From NCBI GenBank assembly GCA_030646255.1, contig JAUSNF010000009.1, positions 1 through 47,931 of the forward strand: 47,931 bases of DNA. The letters run 5' to 3'. Shown one piece after another: positions 9,034-19,412 of this stretch (the first letter of the stretch is position 1; every line of letters starts with the position of its first letter). The notes under the pieces are model-generated. The model was not told the origin of the DNA. It saw nothing but the letters and a program-made list of their open reading frames with translations, and made no database searches. The DNA is from Candidatus Burarchaeum sp. (lineage in GTDB: Archaea > Micrarchaeota > Micrarchaeia > Burarchaeales > Burarchaeaceae). The translations under genes and the position numbers were made by a program.

Positions 9034-10260
9034 ATGGTCGCGGTGCTTCATGAGCGCATCAACGGGCAGCCTCTGCGCGAAGCCCTCAATGTCCAGCGGG
9101 CTAATTTTGATTCTTTGAAGCCGCCAGAGCGGAAAGCATTTATACGGGCGGCGGCAGGCGTTAAGCAAAACTCTCCGTTTTATAGGGCTTTATGCAGCGG
9201 GGAATCGCGCACAAACGCAACAGGCAAGCTTGCGCACGAGCCTGCTGTTGACGAGCTTGCGCCCGTAACCTCGGGCGGCGGAATTGCGCGCGGACATGCG
9301 ACTGATGAATTTGCGCACACGGCTGCGGCTGGCGAAACCTATCTAAGGACAATAATCGCACTCGAACATTCCTGGGGCTGGGCAGTCGACACTGGATTTG
9401 AAATCCCAAAGGCTATTGCCGTTGAATGCGCCAGGCGCCTCGGCGGGGATGCGTTTGCATCATTGGTCGAAGTAAGCACAGCCCGAGAATCGGAGTTTCC
9501 TTCTGCAGTTGAGCTTATGCCCGAGTACCACAAGGTCGTCAAGGCAGTGCCACCTTCCCTTCTCACGGCCTCTCCAAAACTCAAGGAACTGGTTGCCTTA
9601 GCATTTAATGCGCGTGCCCGTGCAATTTATGATTGCGGACATTACGGATGGGCCATACTCGAGCTCAACAAGGCCCTCAAGCTCGCGCTTCACGGCCCTC
9701 CTTTCCCCGACCTTTCCAATGCGGAAAGCACTTTTGCCCTATATGCGCACAAGGCGCAGATACAAATAAACCTAGCGGATTATGAGGGCGCCATGATGAG
9801 CATTGAGAAGGCATTTGAAAAGGACCCTGATGGAAAAATAGCCGAGCCGCATATCTTCGCTTTCGCACATTACCTGAAGGCCAACATCATAGCCGCATTA
9901 GGTTTTCCGCCTGAGGACAGCCTTTTGGAATTCGATGCCGCATTAAAAGCGGATCCAAACTACCCAGAAGCCCTTGTGATGCGTGCATGCACTAACTGCC
10001 GCATTGCAGACAATGCGCAAGGGCCGCACGATGTTGAACTGCTGCTGGAAGGCGCGATGCGGGACGCTGAAAAGGCGCTTGAGCTCGACCCGGAGAATAA
10101 ACAGGCGCAGAGGCTCAAAGAAGGCCTGCGCAAATACAGCGAGCTTCCGCAAGACACGCGCGGTTCGCCTCTTAACATCATAGTTCATGCGCTTTCGGAC
10201 GTGTTTCAGGAGCTCCTTCCATATCTCGAGCCTCCTTCCCTTGAGCTAGGTTCCAATTGA
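9034..10260 (+). CDS. TPR-repeat protein
   Basis: Repeated TPR-like motifs (AILELNKALKL, EFDAALKADPNYPEA, DAEKALELDPENKQA). Confidence 0.75.
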   Translation: MVAVLHERINGQPLREALNVQRANFDSLKPPERKAFIRAAAGVKQNSPFYRALCSGESRTNATGKLAHEPAVDELAPVTSGGGIARGHATDEFAHTAAAGETYLRTIIALEHSWGWAVDTGFEIPKAIAVECARRLGGDAFASLVEVSTARESEFPSAVELMPEYHKVVKAVPPSLLTASPKLKELVALAFNARARAIYDCGHYGWAILELNKALKLALHGPPFPDLSNAESTFALYAHKAQIQINLADYEGAMMSIEKAFEKDPDGKIAEPHIFAFAHYLKANIIAALGFPPEDSLLEFDAALKADPNYPEALVMRACTNCRIADNAQGPHDVELLLEGAMRDAEKALELDPENKQAQRLKEGLRKYSELPQDTRGSPLNIIVHALSDVFQELLPYLEPPSLELGSN

Positions 10261-10312
10261 CCAGCACGCCAGCCTGCAATCCTTTTATTAACTTCAATCC
10301 AGATTTTCCATC

Positions 10313-10816
10313 ATGTCAAACTGCACGCGCTGCGGGAGCGAGACAGAATCCTGGGACGGTAATTATTTCTCCCGCGGAATGATGTGCATAACCTGCTATT
10401 CCGAGAGCGGCAGGAGGCAGGATGAGAAGACTTCAATCTGCACGCGCTGCGGCCTGCGCATCGCCCCCACGGATGCGAACCTGAAGCTCGGCCGCACTTT
10501 GTGCAAATCCTGCTATGAGGAAACGCTGAAGGAGCAGCGCGAGCACTACTGCGCCTCGTGCCGCAAGCTGATAGAGGGCGCGAGCTTCGAAAGGCCCGAC
10601 GGCTCGCGGCTCTGCCTGACATGCATGCAGGGCCAGTCGCCCTTCGGCGGGGGCAGGCAGGCCATCCGCACATGCGATAAGTGCGGCAAAATGTCAGTCG
10701 TGCACTATATCACGAGCGACGGCCAGAGCCTCTGCCCGAACTGCGCGCCCTCTGCGCACACAAGCAAGGGTCTGCTCCGCTCGCTCATGAATGGGCTGGC
10801 GCGGCTGCGGCGCTAG
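10313..10816 (+). CDS. Multi-zinc-finger protein (8 CxxC)
   Basis: CTRC/CITC, CTRC/CKSC, CASC/CLTC, CDKC/CPNC pairs; amphipathic basic C-terminus. Confidence 0.8.
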   Translation: MSNCTRCGSETESWDGNYFSRGMMCITCYSESGRRQDEKTSICTRCGLRIAPTDANLKLGRTLCKSCYEETLKEQREHYCASCRKLIEGASFERPDGSRLCLTCMQGQSPFGGGRQAIRTCDKCGKMSVVHYITSDGQSLCPNCAPSAHTSKGLLRSLMNGLARLRR

Positions 10817-10884
10817 TTCTTCTTAGGTAGCACTCGCAACGCTAAGTTTTCTTAGGCCGCACGCAGTTCAGCTTTTTTTCTTGC

Positions 10885-11292
10885 CTAAGCCGCACTCGCG
10901 CCCGCGCCGCTCTTCTCGAGCCTTATGCGCGGAGGGATGAGGGGCGGCTGCAAATTCACGACGCGCGCCATCAAAGTTCCATGCGCGCCGCACGCGAAGT
11001 TGATGTTGTTGAGCACTTCCTCGGCAAACGCGTCCTCGAGCTTCTTCTTTGTCTTCCAGCCCCTAATAATCTCGTCCCGCGCCTTCTTCTCATCCTCGAC
11101 AAACAATATTCCTGTAATCAGGAGCATGCCCACCTTCTCAGCATAGTCTGCACGGTAGGTGAAGTGTATCTCGATGAGCCCGGCCTCCTCCTTCAACTCA
11201 GTAATCGCCATATTTATGCCGATGCCGCTCGGCATCTCGTTCTTGTCGCGCGTTATTTCCGCCTTCACAATCCGCATACCCGTTATTGCCAT
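10885..11292 (-). CDS. Conserved archaeal hypothetical protein (possible SecB-like fold)
   Basis: GAGGTG site upstream; four-strand plus helix pattern ending VNLQPPLIPPRI; fold is inference. Confidence 0.7.
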   Translation of the reverse strand: MAITGMRIVKAEITRDKNEMPSGIGINMAITELKEEAGLIEIHFTYRADYAEKVGMLLITGILFVEDEKKARDEIIRGWKTKKKLEDAFAEEVLNNINFACGAHGTLMARVVNLQPPLIPPRIRLEKSGAGASAA

Positions 11293-11330
11293 TCAAAACA
11301 CCTCTATTGTGATTCACTTATCATTCGCGC

Positions 11331-11996
11331 CTAGAACTCGAACTCATCCCCAGGCTCCATGACTATGACCTTCGCCTTCTTAACGTCGCGCCTGAACTCA
11401 TCAACATCCTGCATTATCCTGTCATTCGTATTGTAGTGCATCGGCACGGCATACTTCACATTCATCTCGTTGCACGCGGTCGAGGCCGCAAAAGTGTCCA
11501 TAGTGTAAGAGCCCCCGATGGGCAGGAGCGCAATGTCCGCGGAAATGTCCTTCATATCCCTGTACTCGTACGTGTCGCCTGCAAAATATATGCTCTGGCC
11601 GCCCTTCGAGAGCTTGAAGCCGACAGGATATGCCGACTGAGGGTGCACCGCCTTCACCACCTCGACGTTCAGGCCCTTTATTTCAAAACTGTCGCCCTCC
11701 TTCACGTCCACCGTGCGCCTGTCGCTCAGCCCTAGCTTCGCGAGCACGGGCTTCGGCGCAACTACCTGGGCGTGCGTGCGCTCCACAATTTCCTGTATGG
11801 CTGGCACGTCGCAATGGTCCGCATGCTCGTGGCTCACGAACAGGAAGTCGCACTCCCTTACCTCGCCGGGCGCCATGGCGGCCGGTATGAGCCTCGGCCT
11901 GCCCGCGGCGTCATTATTGAAGAACGGGTCCATGTACATGACCAGGCCGCCCAGCTCGACCTTAAAGCACGAGTGTCCGACATATGTAAGCTTCAT
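11331..11996 (-). CDS. MBL-fold metallo-hydrolase (UPF0173-like)
   Basis: GHSCF, DPF, SHEHADH, YFAGDT, LPIGGSYTM, PMHY. Confidence 0.92.
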   Translation of the reverse strand: MKLTYVGHSCFKVELGGLVMYMDPFFNNDAAGRPRLIPAAMAPGEVRECDFLFVSHEHADHCDVPAIQEIVERTHAQVVAPKPVLAKLGLSDRRTVDVKEGDSFEIKGLNVEVVKAVHPQSAYPVGFKLSKGGQSIYFAGDTYEYRDMKDISADIALLPIGGSYTMDTFAASTACNEMNVKYAVPMHYNTNDRIMQDVDEFRRDVKKAKVIVMEPGDEFEF

Positions 11997-12049
11997 AGTC
12001 GTAAATTACCTATTCAGCTTTAAAAAGATTCACGAGCCAACTCTCTGCC

Positions 12050-12877
12050 ATGAAGCTCTCGTTTGTGCTGTTTGGCCTGCTGTTCGGCCTTCTGCTGTTT
12101 TCGGCGAGCGCAAGCGCCTCCTTCCAGCAGGTCTACCACAAATTCGACATGACTCTGAACGACGATGGGACGGCGCGCGTGCTCGAGGAATACGAGTTCT
12201 ATATGGACTCGAACGAGTCCTCGAACTTCTATGACCAGGTGATGTCGCTGCAGGACATCTCAGCATGGAAGAACGTCACTGCACTCGAGAGCCTGCGCAT
12301 CCACATGGACTCGAAGTTCGTGAAGCTCGAGAATTTCCGCATACGCGCCGAGCGCAGGCAGGGCTGCAATCCCTGGACCGGCACATGCTATGGAATAGTC
12401 CGGGTAGAGTACACTGCCTCCAACGTCGAGCCGGGCAGCTTCGTGCGCATAGAGCAGTCCAAGCCGCGCACCTACAATTACACGCTCAACCCGCGCGCCC
12501 TTTCTTTCGAGACCTCAGAGACCGGTGACGTGGCGCTGCCTGCGGGCACTGACGTCAAAATCAAAATTCCAGCCGATGCATGCATCACGCGCCTCAATCC
12601 CTTCCCTGAATATTTCACGAACACCGCACTGCCCCTCTGCGGAGTTTCCGAGCTTAGCTGGTCCGGTCCTTCGGTGCTCGCACGCTTCGATCTGAGTTTT
12701 GTGCGCGAGGACGCGCTTGAAACCGAGGTAATACAATTCTTCCGGAATGCGCAGCGCGGGCTGGTGGATTTCATAAATTCAACGCAGGGGCTTGTCGTGC
12801 TCGTGATGGCCGGAGTAGCCCTCTGCTCCCTCGTGCTCCTGCGGCATTACCAGGACACCCAGAAGGAATCGAAATGA
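12050..12877 (+). CDS. Hypothetical secreted protein with C-terminal membrane anchor
   Basis: Signal peptide ending ASASA; beta-rich body; C-terminal TM helix. Confidence 0.7.
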   Translation: MKLSFVLFGLLFGLLLFSASASASFQQVYHKFDMTLNDDGTARVLEEYEFYMDSNESSNFYDQVMSLQDISAWKNVTALESLRIHMDSKFVKLENFRIRAERRQGCNPWTGTCYGIVRVEYTASNVEPGSFVRIEQSKPRTYNYTLNPRALSFETSETGDVALPAGTDVKIKIPADACITRLNPFPEYFTNTALPLCGVSELSWSGPSVLARFDLSFVREDALETEVIQFFRNAQRGLVDFINSTQGLVVLVMAGVALCSLVLLRHYQDTQKESK

Positions 12878-12901
12878 TTCGGCTTTCGCCGTTCTCTAGC
12901 T

Positions 12902-14314
12902 GTGATTGAAATGCATGAACACGAAATCCTGATACTTAATGCCCTCGACTCGCTTTCAAAAGGCAGCCCGCACGTTTCGGAGTTCAAGCTTGAAACGATT
13001 TCCGAGCGTTCCAGCTTGCCGCTTGATTCCGTGCGCAAAGCGGCGGGTTTGCTCGCGGATAGGCACTATGTTAATGTCCATGAACGCCTTGGGGCATACC
13101 ACACCTCTCCGAGCGCGGAGGGCTCGCGCTTCCTGAAGGACGGCTTTCCCGAGGAGCGGCTCGTGAAAAAGCTTGAGGAAAAAGGCGGCCATGCAGCCAT
13201 GTCTGAGTTGGATGACGAGGAAAAGCGCGTGGGGCTGGGCTGGGCCAAGAAGAACGGATGGGTTGAACTCAGCGGCGGGGAGCTGCACCTGAAGGAAAAG
13301 CCCGTGCTCGCCTCTTATGTGCAAAGAAACCTACTGCAAAAAATTTCAACCAGCAATTCCGTGGCCGCCAGCGAACTCGATGCCGCAAAGCTCCTTCTCT
13401 CGCGCAGCCTCATAAGCGAGCCGAAGCCCGAGAAATCCCACTCACTTGCAATTACAAAAGCAGGCCTTGATGCCCTGGGCGCAGGCCTCAGGCCTTCTTA
13501 CAACCTCACCGCGCCCACGAGCCGCGCCTACCCTGCCAAGCTGCACCCCGTGCAGCGCAGCGCGGACCGGATACGCCAAATATTCTTTGAGCTCGGCTTC
13601 GAGGAGATACGCGGGTCCGCGGTCGAGAGCGCGTTCTGGAATTTTGACGCTCTCTTCCAGCCGCAGGATCATCCCGCGCGCGAACTGGCCGACACGTTCT
13701 ACCTCGAGGGCGAGGAGCCCCTGCCCAAGGGCGAGGTTGTCGAGCGCGTGAAGAAGGCGCACCAGCAGAACTGGAAGTACAAGTGGGACGAGGCATTCGC
13801 GCGCAAGCGCGTGCTCCGCACGCACACCACCGCGGTCTCGGCGCGCTACCTGGACAAGAGCATGCGCGAGAAGCGCGAGTCCGCGAAATATTTCTGCGTA
13901 GGCCGCGTGTACCGCAACGAGGTGGTGGACTTCAAGCACCTCGCGGAATTCTACCAGATTGACGGCATTGTGCTCTGGGAGAAGGCAACTTTCGCAGACC
14001 TGCTCGGCCTTCTGCGCGAGTTCTACCGCAAGCTCGGGTTTGAAAAAATACGCTTCAGGCCTTCATACTTCCCATACACCGAGCCCTCGCTCGAGGTCGA
14101 GGTTTACTTCGAGCAGAAAAAGGCGTGGCTCGAGCTCGGAGGCGCGGGCATCTTCAGGCCCGAAGTGTGCCTGCCTCTCTGGGGCAAATATCCTGTGCTC
14201 GCCTGGGGCCTTTCGCTCGAGCGCCCCATCATGCTCGCGAATGACGTCGAGGACATCCGCTCGCTCTACAGGAATGACATGGGCTGGCTGAGGGACTTCA
14301 AGCTGAAGCAGTAG
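12902..14314 (+). CDS. pheS: Phenylalanine-tRNA ligase alpha subunit
   Basis: WNFDALFQPQDHPARELADTFY, LRTHTT, EFYQIDG, FRPSYFPYTEPS, ELGGAGIFRPEV. Confidence 0.97.
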   Translation: MIEMHEHEILILNALDSLSKGSPHVSEFKLETISERSSLPLDSVRKAAGLLADRHYVNVHERLGAYHTSPSAEGSRFLKDGFPEERLVKKLEEKGGHAAMSELDDEEKRVGLGWAKKNGWVELSGGELHLKEKPVLASYVQRNLLQKISTSNSVAASELDAAKLLLSRSLISEPKPEKSHSLAITKAGLDALGAGLRPSYNLTAPTSRAYPAKLHPVQRSADRIRQIFFELGFEEIRGSAVESAFWNFDALFQPQDHPARELADTFYLEGEEPLPKGEVVERVKKAHQQNWKYKWDEAFARKRVLRTHTTAVSARYLDKSMREKRESAKYFCVGRVYRNEVVDFKHLAEFYQIDGIVLWEKATFADLLGLLREFYRKLGFEKIRFRPSYFPYTEPSLEVEVYFEQKKAWLELGGAGIFRPEVCLPLWGKYPVLAWGLSLERPIMLANDVEDIRSLYRNDMGWLRDFKLKQ

Positions 14315-14344
14315 TGTGGTATTGTGTAGCTGTGTTGTGTTACT

Positions 14345-15928
14345 ATGGCCTCTGTAATATTCGATGAAAAGGAATTGTGCGGGCTCATGGGCAGGAAGCT
14401 GCCTGCAGCCGAGCTGCGCGAGCGCATAGACATGCTCGGCATGCCCGTTGACGCATATGACGGCGGCAAGTTCTCGCTCGACATCACGCCCAACCGCACC
14501 GACCTGCTCAGCGTGGAGGGCATGGCCCGCGCGCTCGCCAGCTTTACAGGCGTGAAGAAGGGCCTGCGCGACTACGATGCAGAGTCCAGCGGCATGAAGC
14601 TTGAAATAGACCGGAGCGTGCGCGGCGCGCGGCCCTACATAGTAATGGCATATGTAAAGGATGCGAACCTCACCGAGGAACTTTTGCTCTCGCTCATAAG
14701 CATACAGGAAAAGATACACGACACTTTCGGCAGGCACCGCCGCAAGGTTTCAATAGGCCTGCATGATGCTGACAAGGTCAGCGCTCCCTTTACCTACAAG
14801 GCAGTGAAGGAATTCACGTTTACGCCGCTCGATTTCGACAGGCCCATGACTATTGCGCAAATTTTGAAAGAGCATCCGAAAGGCAAGGACTATGCGCACC
14901 TCGTGCAGCCCGGCAAATACCCGATGCTGCTCGACAGCAATGCCGAAGTGCTCTCCTTCCCGCCCATCATCAACGGCACAATCACAATGCTCACGCCCCA
15001 GACAAAGAATTTACTCATCGACGTTACCGGCACCTCTGAGTGGGCTATTAGAGATGCGCTCAATGTGCTCTGCTGCCTGCTCGCAGACCGCGGCGCGCAA
15101 ATCTTCACAGTTGAAACCACTGACGGCACAACGCCAGACCTTGCGCCGCGCTCGATGAAATTCGACTACAAGAAATGCAACAGGCTGCTGGGCCTTGCGC
15201 TGACCGAAGCAGAAACAGCCGAGCTTCTCTCGCGCATGGGCCACGAGTACAAGGCGGGCACAGTGCGCAGCCCGTGCTACCGCGCAGACCTTTTGCACTG
15301 GGTCGACCTTGCGGAAGACGTTGCAATTGCGTTCGACTACAACAAGCTGCCGCAGACCCTTCCCTCATTCTCGTCAATTGCAAAGCCCCTGCCCGACCTT
15401 TCGGAAGTGCGCGAGGCCATGCTCGGCCTTGGCTATTCACAGGCCATAAGCTGGACGCTCACAAATACAGAGCTGAATTTCTCCAGGCTCGGCCTCAAGC
15501 CCGCGCCCATGGCATCTGCCATCAACCCGCTCACAACGGACTTCACCTCCATGCGCACCCACCTCCTGCCTTCGCTCCTCTCAATACTTTCGCAGAACAC
15601 GCACCACCCAATGCCCCAGCGCATATTCGAGCTCGGCCTTGTCTATGATGCACAGGGTCGCGAGTCAAGCGAGCTTGCATCTGCAAGCGAGCATGCGGGC
15701 GCAAGCTTCAGCGAGGCCAAGAGCTCGCTCGAGGCCCTTTTGGCCGAGATGAACATTCAGTGCAAGCTCGTGCCCAAGGACTTCCCCTTCCTCGCGCCCG
15801 GCCGCTCGTGCGCCGTGATGCACAACAGCAAGGAAGTCGGTCATGTGGGCGAGCTCGCTGAAGAAGTGAGGCGCAACTTCGGCCTCGAGCTTCCAGTAGC
15901 CGTCTTCTCATTAAGGTTATGGCAATGA
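14345..15928 (+). CDS. pheT: Phenylalanine-tRNA ligase beta subunit (archaeal type)
   Basis: TPNRTDLLSVEGMARAL, QEKIH...RRKVSIGLHD, LSFPPIING, YRADLLHWVDLAEDVAIA. Confidence 0.96.
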   Translation: MASVIFDEKELCGLMGRKLPAAELRERIDMLGMPVDAYDGGKFSLDITPNRTDLLSVEGMARALASFTGVKKGLRDYDAESSGMKLEIDRSVRGARPYIVMAYVKDANLTEELLLSLISIQEKIHDTFGRHRRKVSIGLHDADKVSAPFTYKAVKEFTFTPLDFDRPMTIAQILKEHPKGKDYAHLVQPGKYPMLLDSNAEVLSFPPIINGTITMLTPQTKNLLIDVTGTSEWAIRDALNVLCCLLADRGAQIFTVETTDGTTPDLAPRSMKFDYKKCNRLLGLALTEAETAELLSRMGHEYKAGTVRSPCYRADLLHWVDLAEDVAIAFDYNKLPQTLPSFSSIAKPLPDLSEVREAMLGLGYSQAISWTLTNTELNFSRLGLKPAPMASAINPLTTDFTSMRTHLLPSLLSILSQNTHHPMPQRIFELGLVYDAQGRESSELASASEHAGASFSEAKSSLEALLAEMNIQCKLVPKDFPFLAPGRSCAVMHNSKEVGHVGELAEEVRRNFGLELPVAVFSLRLWQ

Positions 15929-15959
15929 TTTTCAATGCGCAGGGTGCGGGGCTGGGCGC

Positions 15960-16247
15960 ATGATTCTGTGCCATCTTATTGCACGCGGAAACGTCCAGGG
16001 CGTCAACTACCGCTCCTTCGTGCGCCAGCAGGCGCTCGCGCTCGGCGTGAAGGGCTATGTGAAGAACCTGCCAGACGGCTCGGTTGAGATAGTGGCGGAA
16101 GTTGAGTCAAAGGAAGCGCTCGAGCGCTTTAAGGCAGCCGTATCACGAAAGGCAAAGGACTGGGGGCCGCATGTGGCGGAACTGTCCGTGGTGCGCGAGG
16201 CCGAGAACACGGGGCCAGCCTATGCCTCCTTCGAGGTGGCCCGCTAG
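15960..16247 (+). CDS. acyP: Acylphosphatase
   Basis: GNVQGVNYR and GYVKNLPDGSVEIVAE signatures. Confidence 0.93.
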   Translation: MILCHLIARGNVQGVNYRSFVRQQALALGVKGYVKNLPDGSVEIVAEVESKEALERFKAAVSRKAKDWGPHVAELSVVREAENTGPAYASFEVAR

Positions 16248-16336
16248 CCGCACGTCGAAGCAGCGACGGAAAAGTGCGGGATTTAAATAGGGGAAAATCC
16301 ATAATAAAACCTAATTCCAATAGGATAGGTGATATA

Positions 16337-16903
16337 ATGACGATGAAAAACATGAATACTAATGCATCCAAGCAGAGCGGCATAAAGCCATTCGGAGTAA
16401 GAGTTCGCAATGCTGCCCTCTTTATTGGTACTTTAACTACTTTCGTAGTTGGCGCACACTGCATACAAAATCACATACAAAATCAAAGACCGATTACTGA
16501 CGGGCCTGTACCTCTGGCAATCTCTGCCCCTCCTAGGGAAAATTCTTACGACTCAGAGCTGACTAAGGACTGGAATGCCATGTTAAACAAGCCGTCCGAG
16601 GAGCACCGTGCCGAGATGGTCAAGGACTGGACAGCCAACGATTGCGCGTTCCTGAAAGAAAAGCTGTGCATTTACGAGCACCCATATACTGCAAAGAACA
16701 AGAAAATAGCAGGGGTCATAGACAAGGCAAACAAGCTCGGCATCTTCGTCAACAACCCAGAAATCTTCCAATATATAACTGCCTATCTTGATATTGACCC
16801 TAAGTTTTTGATAACAAAAGCTAGCGGGCATGCAACTGTAATGGATGGATTGAAGTTTGCCATCACTCAGGCAGAAATTCAGGCAATAGCTAGGCAGAAC
16901 TAA
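16337..16903 (+). CDS. Hypothetical single-TM protein (AT-richer ORFan)
   Basis: AGGTGA site before ATG 16337; TM NAALFIGTLTTFVVGAHCI. Confidence 0.6.
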   Translation: MTMKNMNTNASKQSGIKPFGVRVRNAALFIGTLTTFVVGAHCIQNHIQNQRPITDGPVPLAISAPPRENSYDSELTKDWNAMLNKPSEEHRAEMVKDWTANDCAFLKEKLCIYEHPYTAKNKKIAGVIDKANKLGIFVNNPEIFQYITAYLDIDPKFLITKASGHATVMDGLKFAITQAEIQAIARQN

Positions 16904-16966
16904 TGCCTTATTGAAACCCCTGAGCCGGCCGCATGCCCCGCATCCCTTGCTTATGCGGCACCGCTT

Positions 16967-18190
16967 TCACTCATACCTCAGGGCATCCACTGCCTGCAGC
17001 TCAGACGCCCTGCGAGCAGGGAAATAGCCCGCAACCGTTCCAACGCCCACTGAGAAGAGCAGCGCAAAGGCGCAGAGCTCGAAGGTGACGCTGCTCGGCA
17101 CCCCGACTGCCCCAAGCCCTGCCGAGATGAGCACGCCCAGCGCAATGCCTATCAGCCCGCCTCCCAGCCCTATGATGCCAGCCTCCATTACAAAAATTTC
17201 CAGTATAATGCTTCTCCTCGCACCCACGGCCTTCAATATGCCAATCTCCCTAGTCCTTTCCATCACGCTCATGAACATCGTGTTCGCTATGCCTATCCCG
17301 CCCACGAGCAGGGATATGGCTGCAACCCCGCCGAGGAACGTGGCAAGCAATCCCGTAATCACACCTATTTGGTCCATTATGCTCTTTGACGTCATCACCG
17401 TGTAGTCCTTGTCATCTTCCTTCACCTTCCTCTTCGCCATCAGGCGCTGGTCAAGCCTATCGGCAACTACCTCCGTGTCCGCGCCCTTCTGCGTCCTTGC
17501 CCAGATGAACGTGACCTCCTTGCTCCCGACGCTTGTGCCCAGGATGTCGCGCACATTCTGCAGCGGCACGTAGATATCCGAGTCATATCCGCCGCCCAGT
17601 GCGCTGCCCGAGGGCTTCATTATGCCAATCACCCTGTATCTCTCGCCCGCAATGCTGATGCCCGTATTCAGGCCAATGCTCTCGCCGAACATGTCCTTTG
17701 CAATAGCGCTGCCGATTACGAGCACGTGCGAATCGCCGGGCTTCAGCATCCTGCCCTCGCCCATCGGCAGCAGGTCCTCGACAGCCTTTGCATAAGTGTC
17801 CGTATCTACGCCGCTGATATACGTGCTGACATTCGTATTCTTGTAGCCAAGCGTAAGCTGCGCGACGAGGATGCTCGTGACACGCGACGGGTCCATTCCC
17901 GGCGTCCTCCTGATAACCTCAACATCATTGAGGTCAAGGCTGCCCGACATCGTGGCTCCGCCAGTGAGGCTTATCTGCGGAGTCACCATTATGCTGTCAG
18001 CCCCGAATGCCGCCAGCTCCTTTTTCACCGCGCCATCGAGCCCCTGCGCAATTGCTATGAGCGTGACTATTGCAGTTATGCCGATGATGATGCCCAGGAC
18101 AGTGAGCCAGCTGCGGAGCTGGCGATTCTTCAAATTAGCGAGAACGTAGAGAAACAAATCACGGTGCTTGTCAATTTTGATTTCACTCAT
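16967..18190 (-). CDS. ABC transporter permease, MacB/FtsX family
   Basis: RSWLTVLGIIIGI, GIANTMFMSVMERTREIGILKAVGA, PARRAS...ALRYE. Confidence 0.93.
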   Translation of the reverse strand: MSEIKIDKHRDLFLYVLANLKNRQLRSWLTVLGIIIGITAIVTLIAIAQGLDGAVKKELAAFGADSIMVTPQISLTGGATMSGSLDLNDVEVIRRTPGMDPSRVTSILVAQLTLGYKNTNVSTYISGVDTDTYAKAVEDLLPMGEGRMLKPGDSHVLVIGSAIAKDMFGESIGLNTGISIAGERYRVIGIMKPSGSALGGGYDSDIYVPLQNVRDILGTSVGSKEVTFIWARTQKGADTEVVADRLDQRLMAKRKVKEDDKDYTVMTSKSIMDQIGVITGLLATFLGGVAAISLLVGGIGIANTMFMSVMERTREIGILKAVGARRSIILEIFVMEAGIIGLGGGLIGIALGVLISAGLGAVGVPSSVTFELCAFALLFSVGVGTVAGYFPARRASELQAVDALRYE

Positions 18191-19406
18191 ACCGCAACGC
18201 CTCAACTGCCTGCAATCTTGCCGCCCTCCTTGCAGGGAAAAATCCTGAAACCGCGCCTATAATGACTGCGAAAAGGAATCCGAAGAGCGCAAGCTGCGGG
18301 CTTATCTTGCTGGGCGCGCCGAACGCATTGATTATGACTGAGATGAGCAGCGCGAGCGCAAGCCCGATGAAGCCGCCTATTGCCCCTATGATTGAAGACT
18401 CGAGTATGAAAATTTCCATTATCGTATTCCGTCTGGCTCCAATGGCCTTCAAGACGCCAATCTCCCTCGTGCGCTCCATCACGCTCATGAACATCGTGTT
18501 CGCGACGCCGACAGCGCCCACGATAAGCGAAATTGCCGCAATGCCGCCTAGGAATGCAGTGAGAAGGCCCGTAATCATGCCCACCTGCTGCTGTATGGAT
18601 TCAATAGTGGTTATCGAGAAGTCCAGCTTGTCCGGCTTAACCTTCCTTTTCGCCATGAGCCTCTGCTCCAGCGCCTTGGCCACCTGGCCCGTGCTCTGCC
18701 CCTCAGCCGCCTTTGCCCATATCGCAGAAACCTCCCTTGCGCCCACAGTATCGCCCAGCAGCCTGCGCGCATCCTCCTCTGGAATAAGTATCTGTATCGG
18801 CGTGCCGCTCATGGCGCCCCCTGCGCTCTTCAGAATTCCGACAATGCGGAAGTCCTCTCCGCCTATTTTCATCTGGTAGCCGAGGTTCACCTTTTCCTTG
18901 AACAGGTTGTAGGCCGGGTCGTGGGCAAGCAGCACCACATGCGAATCGCCGGGCTTCAGCTTCCTCCCGCTCTCTATCTGCAGCAGGCCGCTCAGGACGC
19001 TGTTCTGGAACGTATCCGTATCAATGCCCACAACCCTGCTGCTCGCGTTCCTGTCCTTATACTGCAGGCTCATCATCCCGCCAACGCCATATGTAAGCGA
19101 GCTAGAGTCTATGCCGGGAGTGCCCTTAACTGTCTGCACGTCATTGAAAGTAAGGATGCCTGTGCGCGTGGGCGCGCTGCTCAGCCCTATGTTTATCCGG
19201 GGCGTGACAATGATGGTCTGCGAGCCGAATGCGTTCAGCTCGCTGTTTATGCTCTCGTTCAGCCCCTCGCCTATCGCTATCAGCGTTATGATTGCAGTTA
19301 TGCCGATGATGATGCCTAGTATGGTGAGCCAGCTGCGGAGCTGCCGGTTCCTGAGGTTCTCCATCACGTACCTCAGTATATCTTTGTGCATCGCAAACAC
19401 CGGCAA
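18183..19406 (-). CDS. ABC transporter permease, MacB/FtsX family (paralog)
   Basis: Same motifs as the neighbouring permease; its stop overlaps the next start. Confidence 0.93.
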   Translation of the reverse strand: MPVFAMHKDILRYVMENLRNRQLRSWLTILGIIIGITAIITLIAIGEGLNESINSELNAFGSQTIIVTPRINIGLSSAPTRTGILTFNDVQTVKGTPGIDSSSLTYGVGGMMSLQYKDRNASSRVVGIDTDTFQNSVLSGLLQIESGRKLKPGDSHVVLLAHDPAYNLFKEKVNLGYQMKIGGEDFRIVGILKSAGGAMSGTPIQILIPEEDARRLLGDTVGAREVSAIWAKAAEGQSTGQVAKALEQRLMAKRKVKPDKLDFSITTIESIQQQVGMITGLLTAFLGGIAAISLIVGAVGVANTMFMSVMERTREIGVLKAIGARRNTIMEIFILESSIIGAIGGFIGLALALLISVIINAFGAPSKISPQLALFGFLFAVIIGAVSGFFPARRAARLQAVEALRYE

Positions 19407-19412
19407 CCCGAA

